A stretch of 64,000 nucleotides of DNA from Mesotaenium endlicherianum (lineage: Eukaryota), in contig WELA01002119.1 in assembly GCA_009602735.1 (NCBI GenBank), positions 66,196-130,195 of the forward strand, written 5' to 3'. Below the pieces are notes generated by a model. The model had not been told where the DNA came from and made no database searches. It saw only the letters and a program-made list of their open reading frames with translations. The number at the start of each line of letters is the position of its first letter. The first letter of the stretch is position 1. Of this stretch, positions 14,001 to 26,839 are shown in pieces. The position numbers were made by a program, and so were the translations under genes.

Positions 14001-16861
14001 TCCAACTCCCACGCGCAGAGAGCAGACGCCATGCTAATTTGTCTTCAGCCCACCCACGCCACTTGGCAGCTTCCAGCAGTAGAGGATGCACACAAAACGG
14101 GGCGGGGGAGGGGGAGGGAGGGGGCAGGTCGTGTGTGCGTGCGTGTGGGCTCTGCGAACCTGCGAAGATGCGTCAGCACAGCGCGCGCGCCCGCGCCGCA
14201 GCAGTGGCCCGCGGCACAGTCAGGGAGGCGGGGGGGGGCAGACGACAAGGGGGGGGGCGCATGCGCTCTGCCGGAGACGGAAAGCAGCCACAGGAGGAGC
14301 TCCACCAGAGCGCGATGATCGCGCGCCTGGTCCAGCGCAAACACCACCAGCGCCAGCTGGTCCGCCCTCAGCACCCACGCCCTCTTTCCTGAGGAGCCCC
14401 CCCCGCCACCGTCGCCGCCGCCAAAGAATGGAACCTCCCTAGGGTCCCCCTTTCCTGGCACATGCGGGCCAGAACAGCTCCCAGCAGCAGCGGAAACAGC
14501 AGCACCTGCAGAAGGCTCCAGCCTCAGCTCCGAGACCGGCGGCCCACTCTCCGCCCTTGCCCCAGCCCCCGCCCGCGCCATCCCCCCGGTCCCTGCATCT
14601 CCCTCCAGCCGCCCGGCTCCGGCGCCCGCTCTGTCTGGGTCGCCGAGCTTGCTGGCTCCGCCGCCGCCGCCACCGCCGCCCGGCTTGCCGCCCACCTGGG
14701 GCGACCTGGCAGCCCTGCTTCGGGTCTTGGTGGCAACGGGGGTCCTCGTGGCAGCGGGGCCTGGGGCTGGCCCACGAGCTGATGCTGGGGCGCTGCTGCC
14801 AGAGCCAGCACCAGCGCCACTGCCAGGAGTGCCAGCTCCCTCGGAGGCGCCGACGGCGCCAGGGGGCCCGAGCGCGTTGCCAGCTGGCGGCAGGCCGCCG
14901 CGGGCCACTTCAGCAGCGATGCCGGCCGGCAGGCTGCCCGCCGGCGCCAGGCCGTCCGCCACGAGCTTGCGCACCGTCGCGTCGAGCCACCTGGCGAGCT
15001 CCTGCTGCTCCTGGAAGCGCAAAGTTGACATGGCTGCCGCAACGTCGTCCGCTGCGTCGCATGCCCAGTCCAAAAGGTCTCCCGAGCTATGCGGCCGCAA
15101 ACCAATCACGGGAGGCGGCTGGGTTTGCGTGGAGCTCGAAGCAGCTCTTGCCCCGCACGTGCATGCCTGACTTCCAGGTGTCGGCTCCTTAGCTTTGCCC
15201 CCTTTCCCTTCCCCGCCGGCCATCCCTCTCGTGCAATCAACCTCCCCTTCCACAGCACCTCCAGAAGCAGGCCCACTTCCGGCTGCAGCAGCACCCTTGC
15301 CGTCGCCCGTGCCGACACTCCGCCGCTTACTCCTGAGCCACCACATGTCATCCTCGTCCTCGGCCTCCTCCACCTTCATGCCCCCAGCCCCGCGAGCCTG
15401 TGCTGCTGCAGTCGCTGCGCTGGTGCCACCTGGCAGCCTTTGCGAGACATCAGGCAGTCCCTCCTGCTGCTTGCGGTGACAGAGTTCGCAGCTCTGGTGC
15501 ATGCCCTCCAGACGACACGACAGTCCTCCAGCAGCCGCCGGGGCGGGGTGGGCAGACAAGGAGGGCGAGGCGAGCTCAGGCTCAGGCTCAGGCACGTGCA
15601 GGGCTGCCCTCAGGGAGCCCTGCAGCCGCTCCAGGCCCTCTGCGTGCCTCCCTGTCCTCCTTCTCTTTCCCGCCCGCAGCGGCGCCCGCCCACCGTCGGC
15701 CCCCTCCATGGTGCAGTCCTCGCCCGACGGACCGCGCAGTTCTACAGGCCCCTCCGGCACTCTCGAGCCTGCTTCTCTGTGCAGTGACGCGTTCACACCG
15801 TCGCCGATCCTGTGCATCCCGTCCACACTGTGTGTGGCCGGAAGTGGCTCAGAGCTGGGTCCCGCTGGCTGTGCCACGCCAGTCGCAGGCACCACGCCAA
15901 CCATAGGCTCGTGCCCGAGGTCCCCCTCGAGCTCTGCACTTGGTCTGCCATCTGTCACCGGGGCTGCTTGGGAGGTCGCAAGCGTGCGTCCTCCGGGTGA
16001 GGCCCCGCCGCTGAGGCCAACGGGCGGCAGCTCTAGGGATGCGCCACCTGGCAGCGGCACACGAGCTTGCGACTCGGTGCTCGTCTTGCGGCGCTTGCAA
16101 GGAGGCCCGTAGAGCGCCAGCCTGCGCTCATTTTCGTATTGCCACGTCGTTGCACCCCCGCCAAGGCTTTGGCGTGCAGCAGCCTTGGCCCCGCTGCCAA
16201 GCGAGGGGGCGCTGGCTGTGAGGCTCTTGGCGGCGGTGCTCCGTGAGATGAGCAGAACAGGCGACAGGTGGCGCAAGTAGGTGCGGTGCTTGACGGCCCT
16301 TGCGTGCAGAGCCGGAGTCTGGTGCGACTGCAGGATGCCTTCGGCAATGAGCTGGCGCACGTACCGGTGGGGATCAAACAGCCCCCCCCTCACGAGCTCC
16401 GCAAGGAAGACCTGGCGTGCCACATGGCGAGGCGTGAGTGAGAGCGCGAGACGAGCACCGCTCTACGACAAAAGAAGAGTGACCTCAAATTTGTGGAGGG
16501 TCCCCCGAGGATACCATTCTTATCGCATGAACAGCTGGCATCTGCCGGGCGGCGTACACAGGCAGAGCACAGGGACCAAAGCCGGACCGGGCATGCGGCA
16601 TACATCACGCCTGGTCTGCACGCGCGCGCCATAAAGAGAAAGACAGGCAACCTACAAATATACTGACCTATCGCCATCACAAGCGCACGCATATGAGTAC
16701 GACACGAGAAAGTTCAGCTCAGCCGCTGGCACGTGCGGAACTGGGCACCTCATGCAGACAGCGGTGGGTGGGGAGATAGATACACAGGATATGGAATTGA
16801 GGTGTACACATAATGTACGGGGCCGGGGGGAAGGAAAAGAGGGGGGAGAGAGCTGGCTATG
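81..16861. repeat. Apparently exact tandem duplication of 8,390 bp (81-8470 = 8472-16861) separated by a single N at 8471; probable assembly artefact
   Basis: ORFs in 78-8301 recur at +8391 with identical translations. The junction reads gctggctatg-N-cgctcaacaatg. I saw no mismatches, including in microsatellite lengths. Confidence 0.97.
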
Positions 16862-19800
16862 GGGAAGAGCAGGAGGGGAGCACCTGCAGGGCGCTTCTTG
16901 AGACGCTGCTGCTGCGGCCCACAGGCGTGTGGCAGTCGAGCCACGTGAGCAGTAACAAGTACAGAGCGTCAGAATCAAAGCCGGAGCCAGAACTGGAGCC
17001 AGGGCCGCAGGTGGAGCCGGCGGGAGTAAGAGGAGGTGCAGGAGTAGGAGCAGGAGCAGGAGCAGGTGCAGCAGCAGCCGCAGCCACCATGGACGCTTCA
17101 CCTCTTCTGCTCCCCCCGGCCCCCAGCTTGTGGTTGAGGACGGAGACGGCCATGTGCACGCGCGCCAGCTGGCAGACACGGGGCAGAGATGGCAGCAATG
17201 GAGGCGGCGGCGGTGGGAGTGGCGGCGACGGCAAATCATATCTGCCGCTTGTCCGGCTCTCAGCCTCCACGCCACGGGTTGACTTGCCACCACCATAGCC
17301 TCCAATCGCCCCTGTGCCCCCCCTGTCCCTGCCGCTGTGGTCCAGGCTGGGAGGGCTGTGCACTCTCTGGAGGTCACGCTTGCCCCTGCCGCCCTCCTGG
17401 CGCTCTCCCCTGTCACTGCCACTGCCGCCGTTCCTGCTCACACCAGCGGCGTTGAGCGAGAGGGAGGATGACTCTATAGCATCTCGTGCCCCGCGCTCGC
17501 CTTCCTCGCCCTCCCCGGACCTGAGGCCGCAAACAGCCCACTCACACAGAAAGTGCACTGCCGCAAACTCGGGTGTCGTTGTTCCGAGGGCGTCGTTGTC
17601 CTCGCCGCCCGGGAGCCCCCACTGCCCCCAGGCGCTGCTGCCGCCGCCGCTGCCAGGTGGTAAGGCGCTGGCGGCTGTGGCCCGGGACGCGGAGCAGAAG
17701 GCGGGGTCGAAGACGGCCCTGCACGCGCCCGCCACGTCGCCGCGTGCGAGCGCGACGTCCAGCAGCTGCACCACCTTGCCCTCGTTGGAGGTGAGGATGC
17801 CGGGGCTGACGTCAGCGGCCAGCTTCTGCGCCCTCTGCTGGATATGCTCCACCGTCCTGCACACCGCTAGCTGCAACGGCGACAGGCGGCCACCTTCGGC
17901 CGCCGCTGCAGGGTCTTTCTTCTTCTGTCTCGTCGTCGTCGTCGTCGTCGTCGTCATCGTCTGCAGCTCCCCAGGTGCCCCCAAGGCACGGCCGCCGCCA
18001 GAGGCAGGGTTGCCCTTCTGGATCACGCCGCTACTCCTCTGTGCAGCGCTACCTGCTCTCCCGCCATCCTTGTCAAGGCGTTTCACGGAGTCAGCCCCGC
18101 CGGCCTCCAGACTGAACTCGGGGCACGGGGTCGGCTTTGCCACCCCGCAAGCAGCCAGCACGCCCCTGCCAGTCGCACCGCCAGGGCCCGGGCTCCTGCC
18201 ACCTGGCAGGCCTGGGCTCTTGCTGCCAGTTAAGCCAGGGGGGACAGAAGCTCTTACTGCCGCTGCCATTTTGGGGCTTCGACTGGCGGGAGAAGGCACG
18301 CCCGGCTTCTTCTTGGGTGCAGCCTGGGAGCCACTTGGCGCGCTCCTGACGGTGCGTTCGGCAGCAGGGGGGGGTTGCACGCCGCTGCCGCCGCCCGGCG
18401 GTCCGAGGGGCACGACGCAGTGAGGCAGGGGGAAGCAATCAAAGGCCACAAAAGTCTCGGGCGTCTTGGTGAGCAGGAAGCGCAGAAGCTCCACCATGCA
18501 TCTGCCCAGCTTCAGCCGCAGCTCTGCAGGCGCGCCTCCTGTGTGGGGCAGGGGCAGCAGGGGGAGGAGGGGGGCAAGTGCCGCTGGCCCGCGCGCCAGG
18601 GGTTGGGATGCGCTTGACGGCGGCAGGAGGCCGGAGGGGCAGAGGAGGCGCAGCTTGGAGAGGCAGGTGTCTGCGAGCGCGCGCGTGTGCGCCTGCGAGA
18701 AGCTGATGAGCGGCGCGAGGTCCTGCAGCAGCGGCAGCAGCGCCTCCATCGCCCCCTGGGAGTCCCTCTCCTGCTCTCACATACACACGCACACACACAC
18801 AGGCGCACGTTGCCAATGTCATCAAATACATGCTCATTGACACGCGGAGGAACAGATTGACCATCAGCAGGCGCTAAGTACTACAAAATGATCAGCCATT
18901 CAAAATCAGGAATTACATTCTTGTCTGTCCATCAGCCCACTGACACAAAATATTGACTCATATGCAACACACCAGAAGAACCAATGTATTCTCCTAGCTA
19001 AGCTAAAATCGCCGCACACACTACAGCCAATCCAAGGAATCCTTGTACCCTTCATCCTGCTCACAAAAGCTTTTGCATAAGGACCCAAACTTGGGAAATC
19101 ACTTCACAAGAAGCCGGCCCATGCCAAGTGAGAGGCTCGCAAAGGAGGTGGAGTGGAGGCAGGGGCAAGGAAGGGAGCGTTGGAATTTGAAGAGGTCACA
19201 GGATGCAGAGAGATGAGGAAAGAGTGGAGCAGAAGAGAAGGGGGGGGCGCTTGCTGCAGGGCAAGCCAACAAGCACTCAGGCGTGAAGGCGGGGACACAC
19301 GTACTCTCTCTCTCTCACTCTTACCTGCAGCTGCTTGAGCAGCCAGTCCACGAGCGCAGTCCTGAGCACGAGGCCCTCCTGATGGTGCCACATCACCAGC
19401 CTCACAAAGTACTGCCACTTGGCATGCACGTCCACTGCCCCTCCCTCAGCACCACCAGGCGCGCCCTCCGCAGGCGCACATGGCCCAGATGAGCCCTCCC
19501 CTGCACCGCCGGGCGGGGGAGAGCCCAGAGCTCCTCCAGGTGACGCCTGGCCGTGCGTGCCTAAGCCAGCAGGAGTGCCGCCGCCGCCATCGCTGAGCTG
19601 GCAGAGCTCGTCGAACGCCAGCTTGCCAAACTCCAGGATGTCATTGGTCCAGAGCTCCGTGCGCTTGGCCTGCGTCCTGTCTGCGCTGCTGCCCACGGCG
19701 GAAGGGCGAACCTGCCACATGTCATGCCGTGGGGTGGGCACGTCAGCCTCCGCAGCAGCGGAAGAGGCGGCTGTCGTGCAGGAGAGGGGGCACGCTGCAC

Positions 19801-22800
19801 GTACATGTCTAGCAACGGCTTCAGGGCATCCATGCATGCCGTCGTGAAGCTTTAGCCGCGTCATAATTAGAACAGCAGTGCTCCCTTCCAAGAGGGTGGT
19901 GGGATGCGGCTTGCAAGAGGGCGAGGCAGCAATACTTGGGCTGGAGACTCCTTGCTGGTGCATTGCTGGAGCTGTACGCACGCCACTTGAGGTTGCTGGA
20001 GAGAGCAGGGAGGGCAGGCAGAAGCTGGCAGAGGGACTGGAGAGCCAGAGGAGCAAGAGGAGGAGGACGGGGGGGGCTGAGCGCACACACCTGGTTGAGG
20101 CACATGATCTTGATGTACCAGGTGGCACGCAGCAGGGGCACGTTGTGGCGCACGAGCGCGTCAAACAGGGTGCGCTTGCGGAAGCCGTGCGGCACGTGCT
20201 CTGCCAGCGTCCTCAGCCGCTTGCGCCCCGCCAGGTCCTGCAACCTCCCCCCCATTCCCCTCCCCAAGACACGCACCCACAGCGAGCCCCCCTCCCTCCG
20301 TCAGCTTTCAGCCCAAGTTCAGCTCTAGCTCCTGTGGAGACTCTCCCGCACGCTGAGGCGCCCTCGCGGGTGGACACGATCCCCACAGGGCAAAGCCTGC
20401 AGATTGCAAGCGACTGGCGGCCCACCCAAGCTGGCTGCGTCAGTAGAGGACGCCGAGAAACAGCAGCTGCCTCACGGTCTCATCCCGCTCGCACTCCTCC
20501 TGCGGGTTGAGCCCTCATCCTGAAGAAAAAGAGAGAGAGAGAGAGAGCGACATGACTGCCTGAGGTGCCAGCCACAAACATGCTGGGCCCACTTCCCCGG
20601 GCCTCACCGACGGCCGTTGCACAGCCACTTTCTCCACATGTTGGGACATTGTCTACGGATCAACAAGGGCTCACTCACTTGGGGCATGCGGGCGCAACTG
20701 CTGCACGCCCCAAGGCTGCCAGAAACCCCAAATGAATGGCTGAGCACACAGTAAGGAAAGGAGAGAAAGGGGGGCCAGAGGAAGAGAAGGGGGGTGCAGC
20801 CGGGGTGTTTTGACGTGCGCGGGTTTAGCAGTAAGCAACCCCACAAACTGCCTAAGGAGCGCGCACAGCAGAGTTCTGCCTGCACAGCAGTAGAATGTTA
20901 CCATCTGATCCTAATGTGTGAAGAAGAAAAATAGGCAAGGGGGGGAGGAGGGGGAGTGGAGAGGGGGCGGGAAGAGCGGGACCTCCATCCAGCGGCGCCG
21001 AAACTCCTCGCTGAACGGCTTCTGCTCGGGGAACAGCCCCGGCTTGGCCAGCAGGGGCCCCGTCAGCGGCACCCCGTACACCTGGCCCACCTGCATGGCC
21101 GCCCGTGCCGACACGTGGGGCCCCCCCATTCCCCCCCCGGGTCAGACACGGGCTGACCAGCCAGCCAGGATGCGCCACTTGGCCACGTGCCTTCCGTGCT
21201 CCGCCCTAATAACCTACCCTCACTGCTGTGATTGTTGTGCACAGCACTGTGCACGGATTGACCCACCCCCTAGTGCCGGTCGGTCGTCGCTGGTGTCCGT
21301 AGCCGTACGCGCATGCAGCACCAGGTAGAGCTGCTGCTTGCCTGGGCCAATCAGGCTCGTGTGAGGGTGCATTGCACAGATTGATGGGCTCTTGGCCTCC
21401 ATGAAAGTGTGCGGCACAGATCTGGCCGGCAGCGCAGCGTAGCCCCCAAATGCGTTTCGACAGTGACTAGGCATACGTCCGCAATGGAGCAAACACGATG
21501 CACGCACACACACATGCACGCGCGCGCGCACACACACACACACACATACACACACAAAAAGAGGAAGAGGGAGAGAGGGAGGACGCGGACCTTGCGCTTG
21601 CGCGTGACGGCGTTGTTGAGAGCTCTCAGCCGCACCCTGACAGCCTGCCACACTCAAAACAAAGGGTGGAGTGAGAAATAACCAGCCTAGAATGCCCAGC
21701 ACCTGCCCAACAATGCCCCCTACTGAAACCTTCAGTCTCCGAGAGAGTTTGCGCCCGCATGCATGCCACAGAAGGCTTGTGGTACCGAAAATTAGCCCCC
21801 ACACGTGACACGGATACGCCCTCTTGTAAGCAATGCAGGCGCGCGTGAGCTCAGGGCGGCGCGAGTGAGGGGGTCCAGCAGTGAGCGCAGAGGGTCAGGG
21901 GTCAGCGCGTGGGCCCTCTCTCTCCTACGCAGCTCCTCAGCCCTACTGCAAGACAGAGACAAGGGCAGCCGGGCAGGCAGCTTCGGGTGTGCCACTTCCT
22001 TCCAACAAGAAAAGTTCGCTGCAACGCGCAGCAGGTATCCCGTGCAAGCTACTCTGACTATCACCAACGGACTGGGGAGGGCGCTCCTCTGGCCGCCCAG
22101 GAGCGGGTGCAGTCCACCAGGCTAACAAGGTTGCTTCCTTGTGCACTACCGCCAGGTGTCCTCCAGCCGCTGAAACATGCGGCGCAGTCCCAAGGAACGG
22201 GCAAGCGTATGCGCTGCACCCCTACTAGAAGAGGCACATGGAGACAAGCGTGGCACAACGACACGCGGGCAGGCATTATGAGGAGCCGGGGGGGCGAGCG
22301 CAGCAGAGAGAGTTGCTGCTGGGGGCTGGGCTGGGCTGGGCTGAGCTGAGCAGAGCAGGGAGAGGAGAGGAGAGGAGAGGCCACCTCCTTGTGGCACGCG
22401 ATGCTGGCCTTGGTCCACAGGTGGTGGCAGTCCGCCATGCTGTACGACGTGTCCTTTGCTTCCTGCGGGGGTCGCCGCGCACAGCACCACCAGAGGAACC
22501 GCTTGGAAGCGAATGAGTGCTGTGTCTCGCACATCCTCCTCGTTCACATAGGACGCCGCACGGAGAGCCCAAGATCTGGCCGTTTGTCGCTGATGTGAAG
22601 CCCTGCAAGGCCTGCTGCCTCGATGTCCCAGGTCTGATTGGGAACACGTGGGGCCATCCGGAGTTGAGTACTCAAAGCAGATCGTTTATCTTTTCAAGAC
22701 AAGGGTCAAGCCAAGGGCCAAGAAGGGCAACCAGCCGGCAGGAGTGTAACAGAGACGACCGATGGAGTGGGAGCACATGCAGAGGGCAGCAGCTGGCGTG

Positions 22801-23190
22801 CTCGGGCAGCCTAGAATGCTAACCAGCGTCTGTGATTCTCCCCCCCCCNNNNNNNNNNNNNNNNNCCCCCCCGCCTCCCCCCCCGTGTGCGAGTGAGCCC
22901 GCCTGCATGCGCGTGTGACTCAGGCTGGCACTTGCTAACCCAGGGGGGTAACTCTGCCGAGTCTTGGCCAAGGCATGGTTGAGCCGTCATCACGCAGCTG
23001 CATGAGGCCGCACCCTGCGAGGGTGAACAAGCAAAGTGCACAAGTGGCGAGGCCGCGGGGCTGGGGCGAGGCGAGCACACAGAGAGAGAGGGAGAGGGAG
23101 AGCGAGAGCGAGAGCGAGCGCGAGAGAGCGAGAGAGCGCGAGAGCGAGAGAGCGCGAGAGCGAGAGAGCGCGAGAGCGAGAGAGCGCGAG

Positions 23191-23242
<52 letters not shown>

Positions 23243-23298
23243 CTGCTNNNNNNNNNNNNNNNNNNNNNNNNNNNNNNNNNNNNNNNNNNNNNNNNNNN

Positions 23299-23336
<38 letters not shown>

Positions 23337-23347
23337 GAGAGAGTGAG

Positions 23348-23386
<39 letters not shown>

Positions 23387-25334
23387 GAGAGAGAGAGAGA
23401 GAGTGCGGAGCCCAACCTCGATGCCCTCTGCGGAGTCCTTGTAACCGCCCTGCACGTGCTCGCGCGTCAGCGACTCCTCAGGGTCATCGGGGGACGGCGG
23501 GTAAAAGTCTGGAGGCCCCAGGCTGACCCACCCATCCCACAGGGAGAGGCACACGGACAGGACATCTGTCAGCTCCGCTGCCGCTGCTGCTGCTGCTGCT
23601 GCTTGTGCCGATGCTGGTGTTGATGCTGCTTGAGCTAACGGCGCTTGAGCTGGTGCTGAAGCTTCTGCTTGTCTCAATGCTGCCGACGATGATAACTATA
23701 GCTGATGTGGCCCCGCGGAGGCCCTTGATCCCGAGCAAGCCGAGGTGCAGAGTGATCGCATTCGTCCTCGGCCATGACAGTAGCTGACAGGTGGCATCAC
23801 ATAGCCTGAAGAGCTGAGAGCAGGGCCGGCCAGCAAGATGAGCCCGAGCCTACAAAGCTTGCATCCAATTGTCCATTGTCCGCAATCCAGATGAAAGAAG
23901 TGAGCGGGCTCTTTCTTTGTTCTGGCACGCACTTGAGAGGCTTGCTTGCGCTTGCCCTCAAGGTAATTCGACAAGCAAGGCTCTAAGCTCTGGAGAAGCA
24001 GGTGCACATGAGGAGAGCCAAGGGGCTGACAGTTATCCAACACTGAGAGAGCAAGCCCTTGCTCTTGAATCTGTAGTAGTAGACTCTACCACACTTCTTC
24101 CCCGCAAATTGGAACCAATCCCCTTGGCTGGCAAGTGGCAGTGGTGGGTGGAAGGTGGCGAGAGGGAGCACCTGCCACTCAGAGGCTCCTTGTCACATCG
24201 CAGCCTGTAGGGCACCACCTGGGCAGCCCGCCTGCAGCACCCATTGGCACACCACATGCACAAGGGGTTTAAGGCTCTACACACCTCGCCTCTCTGACGC
24301 CTACACAATACATACCGTCTGTTACAAAGCACTGGGTCTTCAGATGTGCAGCGATGCCTTTCCATCTCCCCCTCACTAGTGCAGCTGACCATGCAGAGGC
24401 CAGGGGCGGTGAAGCTGGCGCATTGATCTTGATGCATCCACATCAGAGGTGTCCGTGGCTGTGGCTTCGAAGAGCACAAGTCTAACGTTTTCATTATTTG
24501 TTTGCACTGCAGAAGAGAAGGCTGAAATAGTCGCGGGATTCATCAGAAACCCCCTTCGCTACACCCTTCGATTAGGGTTGGAGCATCGGCAGAATGTGCT
24601 GCTCGGCTATCTTCCCTCTGTTTGACCAGTCACAGGTGGTGGCAGGCATGCCAGCTGCCACATTAGCTTCACTGGGAAATTTGTGAGAACCTAGAATAGA
24701 ATTCTTGTCCAGTTTAAGGAATGGAGAAAGACCACGAAGGGGGAGGGTTTTATCCACGTCCTGAGCCATGCCCACGAAAACCCCCCCTCTGAATTAATCC
24801 TGCCCAACTAGGAGTGCCCCTTGGGCCCTGAGGCAAGACGCAGTCATACTGCTACACTAGAGCTCCTCCCACGCAGGCATGCTTGTCACGCATTTAACCC
24901 AGCTACAGCCTGAACGAAGAAGAAAATAAGCAAAACTTCAGCTTTTCATCATGACAAGTGGCTTGTTTCTCTCTCTAAGTTTTACAGGGGGCACACCTTG
25001 CATGACACTGACGACTCACATGACGACTTGGCTCTCACCAGCCAAGACACATCAAGGGTCAAGTGCCCTCTTAAGGTCGTACATCCTATATAGTGTTCTG
25101 GGATATGCTTACCGGGAAGGGAAAGATACATTTCCTGGACAGAACATGAGCTGAACCTTGACATCATGGTAAAATTCAAAGACCCCCTCATTTAGCCTTG
25201 TGACAGTACTGTCAACCCAACACCGTTAACTGACAATGAAAGATAGCCAGACAATACCTAGGGTAGCTGCCATGAGGATCAGGACGGCCATCTCTCCCGC
25301 CTCCACCGGCACTTCCTCCACTAAATCGTTGCAT
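8472..25334 (-). CDS. MED12: Mediator kinase-module subunit MED12 (plant CCT/CRP type): 5' exons plus the upstream copy of the duplicated 3' exons
   Basis: Minus-strand exons, all GT..AG and phase-consistent: 25334-25258 (MQRFSGGSAGGGGRDGRPDPHGSYP), 24231-24172 (RAAQVVPYRLRCDKEPLSG), 23522-23417 (LGPPDFYPPSPDDPEESLTREHVQGGYKD), 22462-22385, 21644-21591 (AVRVRLRALNNAVTRKRK), 21090-20983 (VGQVYGVPLTGPLLAKPGLFPEQ), 20237-20091 (KRLRTLAEHVPHGFRKRTLFDALVRHNVPLLRATWYIK, Med12 domain core), 19711-19325 (KWQYFVRLVMWHHQEGL), 18770-16884, 16411-14160 (VFLAELVRGGLFDPHRYVRQLI), 13737-10956 (LQPATFHWQWLYMRLVLNEQ), 10752-9428 (CEKNFTSAVLTRLMVR..QVKWVLEG..LQTSIWLRLQFLLPLLPII), 9276-9144, then 8728-8472 (cut off at the N). 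These motifs match land-plant MED12 as I recall it. Confidence 0.93.
23082..23402. repeat. Compound microsatellite (GA)n/(GAGC)/(TA)n containing a gap (N 23248-23298), in a MED12 intron
   Basis: Read directly from the sequence. Confidence 0.95.
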
Positions 25335-26839
25335 TGTTTCTTTGCACTGCCTCGTCTTAAGCGTACTTGCATATATATGCCAAGAGGTCATCCACTGCTT
25401 GAGTTACGAAGTATTCCCCCCTGGTCTCCCCCATGAAAGGCTCTGTAAGAGCAGCCATATACTCCTTGTTACATATAAAACTTGGGAGTCCACACGGAGA
25501 GCGTTGAGTAGTATAGACCTTGCAAGCTACGGAAGAAGCAGACCCCAATAACCGCACCAATGACGAGTCACTACGACTAGATGATGTGGTAAGAGCTGCC
25601 AAGTACCAACTATTGGTAGTAATGAAGAGCGAACAGACAGAAGCGAGATCTACTAACTCTGAAACCTTGTGCACCAATTGAGGCCCTTGTTTATAAACAT
25701 CAGTCAATAAAGTATGTAAGTAATGCCTAAAACTGGAAACCAATCCAGTATCGATGCGGAAATGAGAGTACCGGCGGATCCAGTTTTGGATTTAAAAAGA
25801 TTCAGCAGCGAAAGATCGGAGGCAGCCCAATCATTAGCAATTGACTACGGTACTCCGCGCAAGAACCTCACAACCAAGTTCCAATGGACCTCGGCCCACC
25901 TCGGCCTGTAGGAAGCCGTAGACTATGTGAAGCAACCTTCGGTAAGAAATGTACCACTTATAGAAGCCACACAGAAGCCCATCAATCTCTCCGAGCCTAC
26001 AAACTCATGCATGACAGGCGCTTCGGTTTGAACGTCAAAATTTGGGCCAAAGAGCGATATGTTCACACACAGCGTTCAAATTCGTTCCGGCCCTTTGCCG
26101 ATGTTCTTGGGCCTGTCCAGTTCGTATCAATGCATGGGGCTGCATGGGGCTGCAGCTTTTTGGCATGAGGAAGTCAACTTGAGCCATGTATGGACTAGTC
26201 AAGAGCGAATTGTACCACTACCGTCAAAAGTAGATTCTGCAGACATGCTATCCTTTGTGGATGTTGTCCACCGACTTGAGGTTCTTATAGAACTGTCATT
26301 AACTCGATAGTCGACCACCTCCAGAAATCTCCGAGGCTCCGATTGCCTCCAGGCTCCGGAGTTTGAACTTTGACACGACACAACCTAAACGACAAGATAC
26401 AGATGCTACGAGACACGTGGTTACAGCCCGTCTTGGACTGGCTATACAACGGATCATGGTGGGGTCTTAACACGTGTATCTCAAGTAAAGCTGCTCCGGT
26501 CTCAACCACACCAATTATTCACATTCTTGTGTCCGGTTGTAATAGCTAGTACGGAAAGTACATTTTCGTAGACACATAACATTTGGGATATGGGTAATCT
26601 GAACTTCGGTGGGACTGGCGCGCTGGGGCTTGGGTAGGCCCGGAGGTCGACTAGACCTGCTCAGTGCTCACTTCCCGAATCTGGCGAGTGTAAGAAGTTT
26701 TTTCGAGCTGAATTTCATCTGAAGACATGGACGTCACTTGCTCTGCATTAGGAGCCGCTCTCAACATGTAATCAAAACTCATTTACTCTAAAAATTACGC
26801 ACGGTAAAGTACAGATCGCAGGAAGAAAGTGTCAGTAAA
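25335..26839. promoter_or_regulatory. Divergent (putative bidirectional) promoter region between MED12 and the NFU-like gene
   Basis: Head-to-head ATGs 1.5 kb apart; AT-richer than gene bodies; site-II-like GGCCCA/TGGGCC motifs near 25893, 26043 and 26109. Confidence 0.4.

Noticed and set aside
1049..18423. Many long plus-strand ORFs (316, 326, 369, 413 aa and others)
   Set aside because: Antisense shadows of GC-rich, stop-poor MED12 exons, with no recognisable domains.
21830..21945. Possible extra MED12 exon (AEELRRRERAHALTPDPL...)
   Set aside because: The flanking exons already join in phase and match MED12 without it; no motif support.
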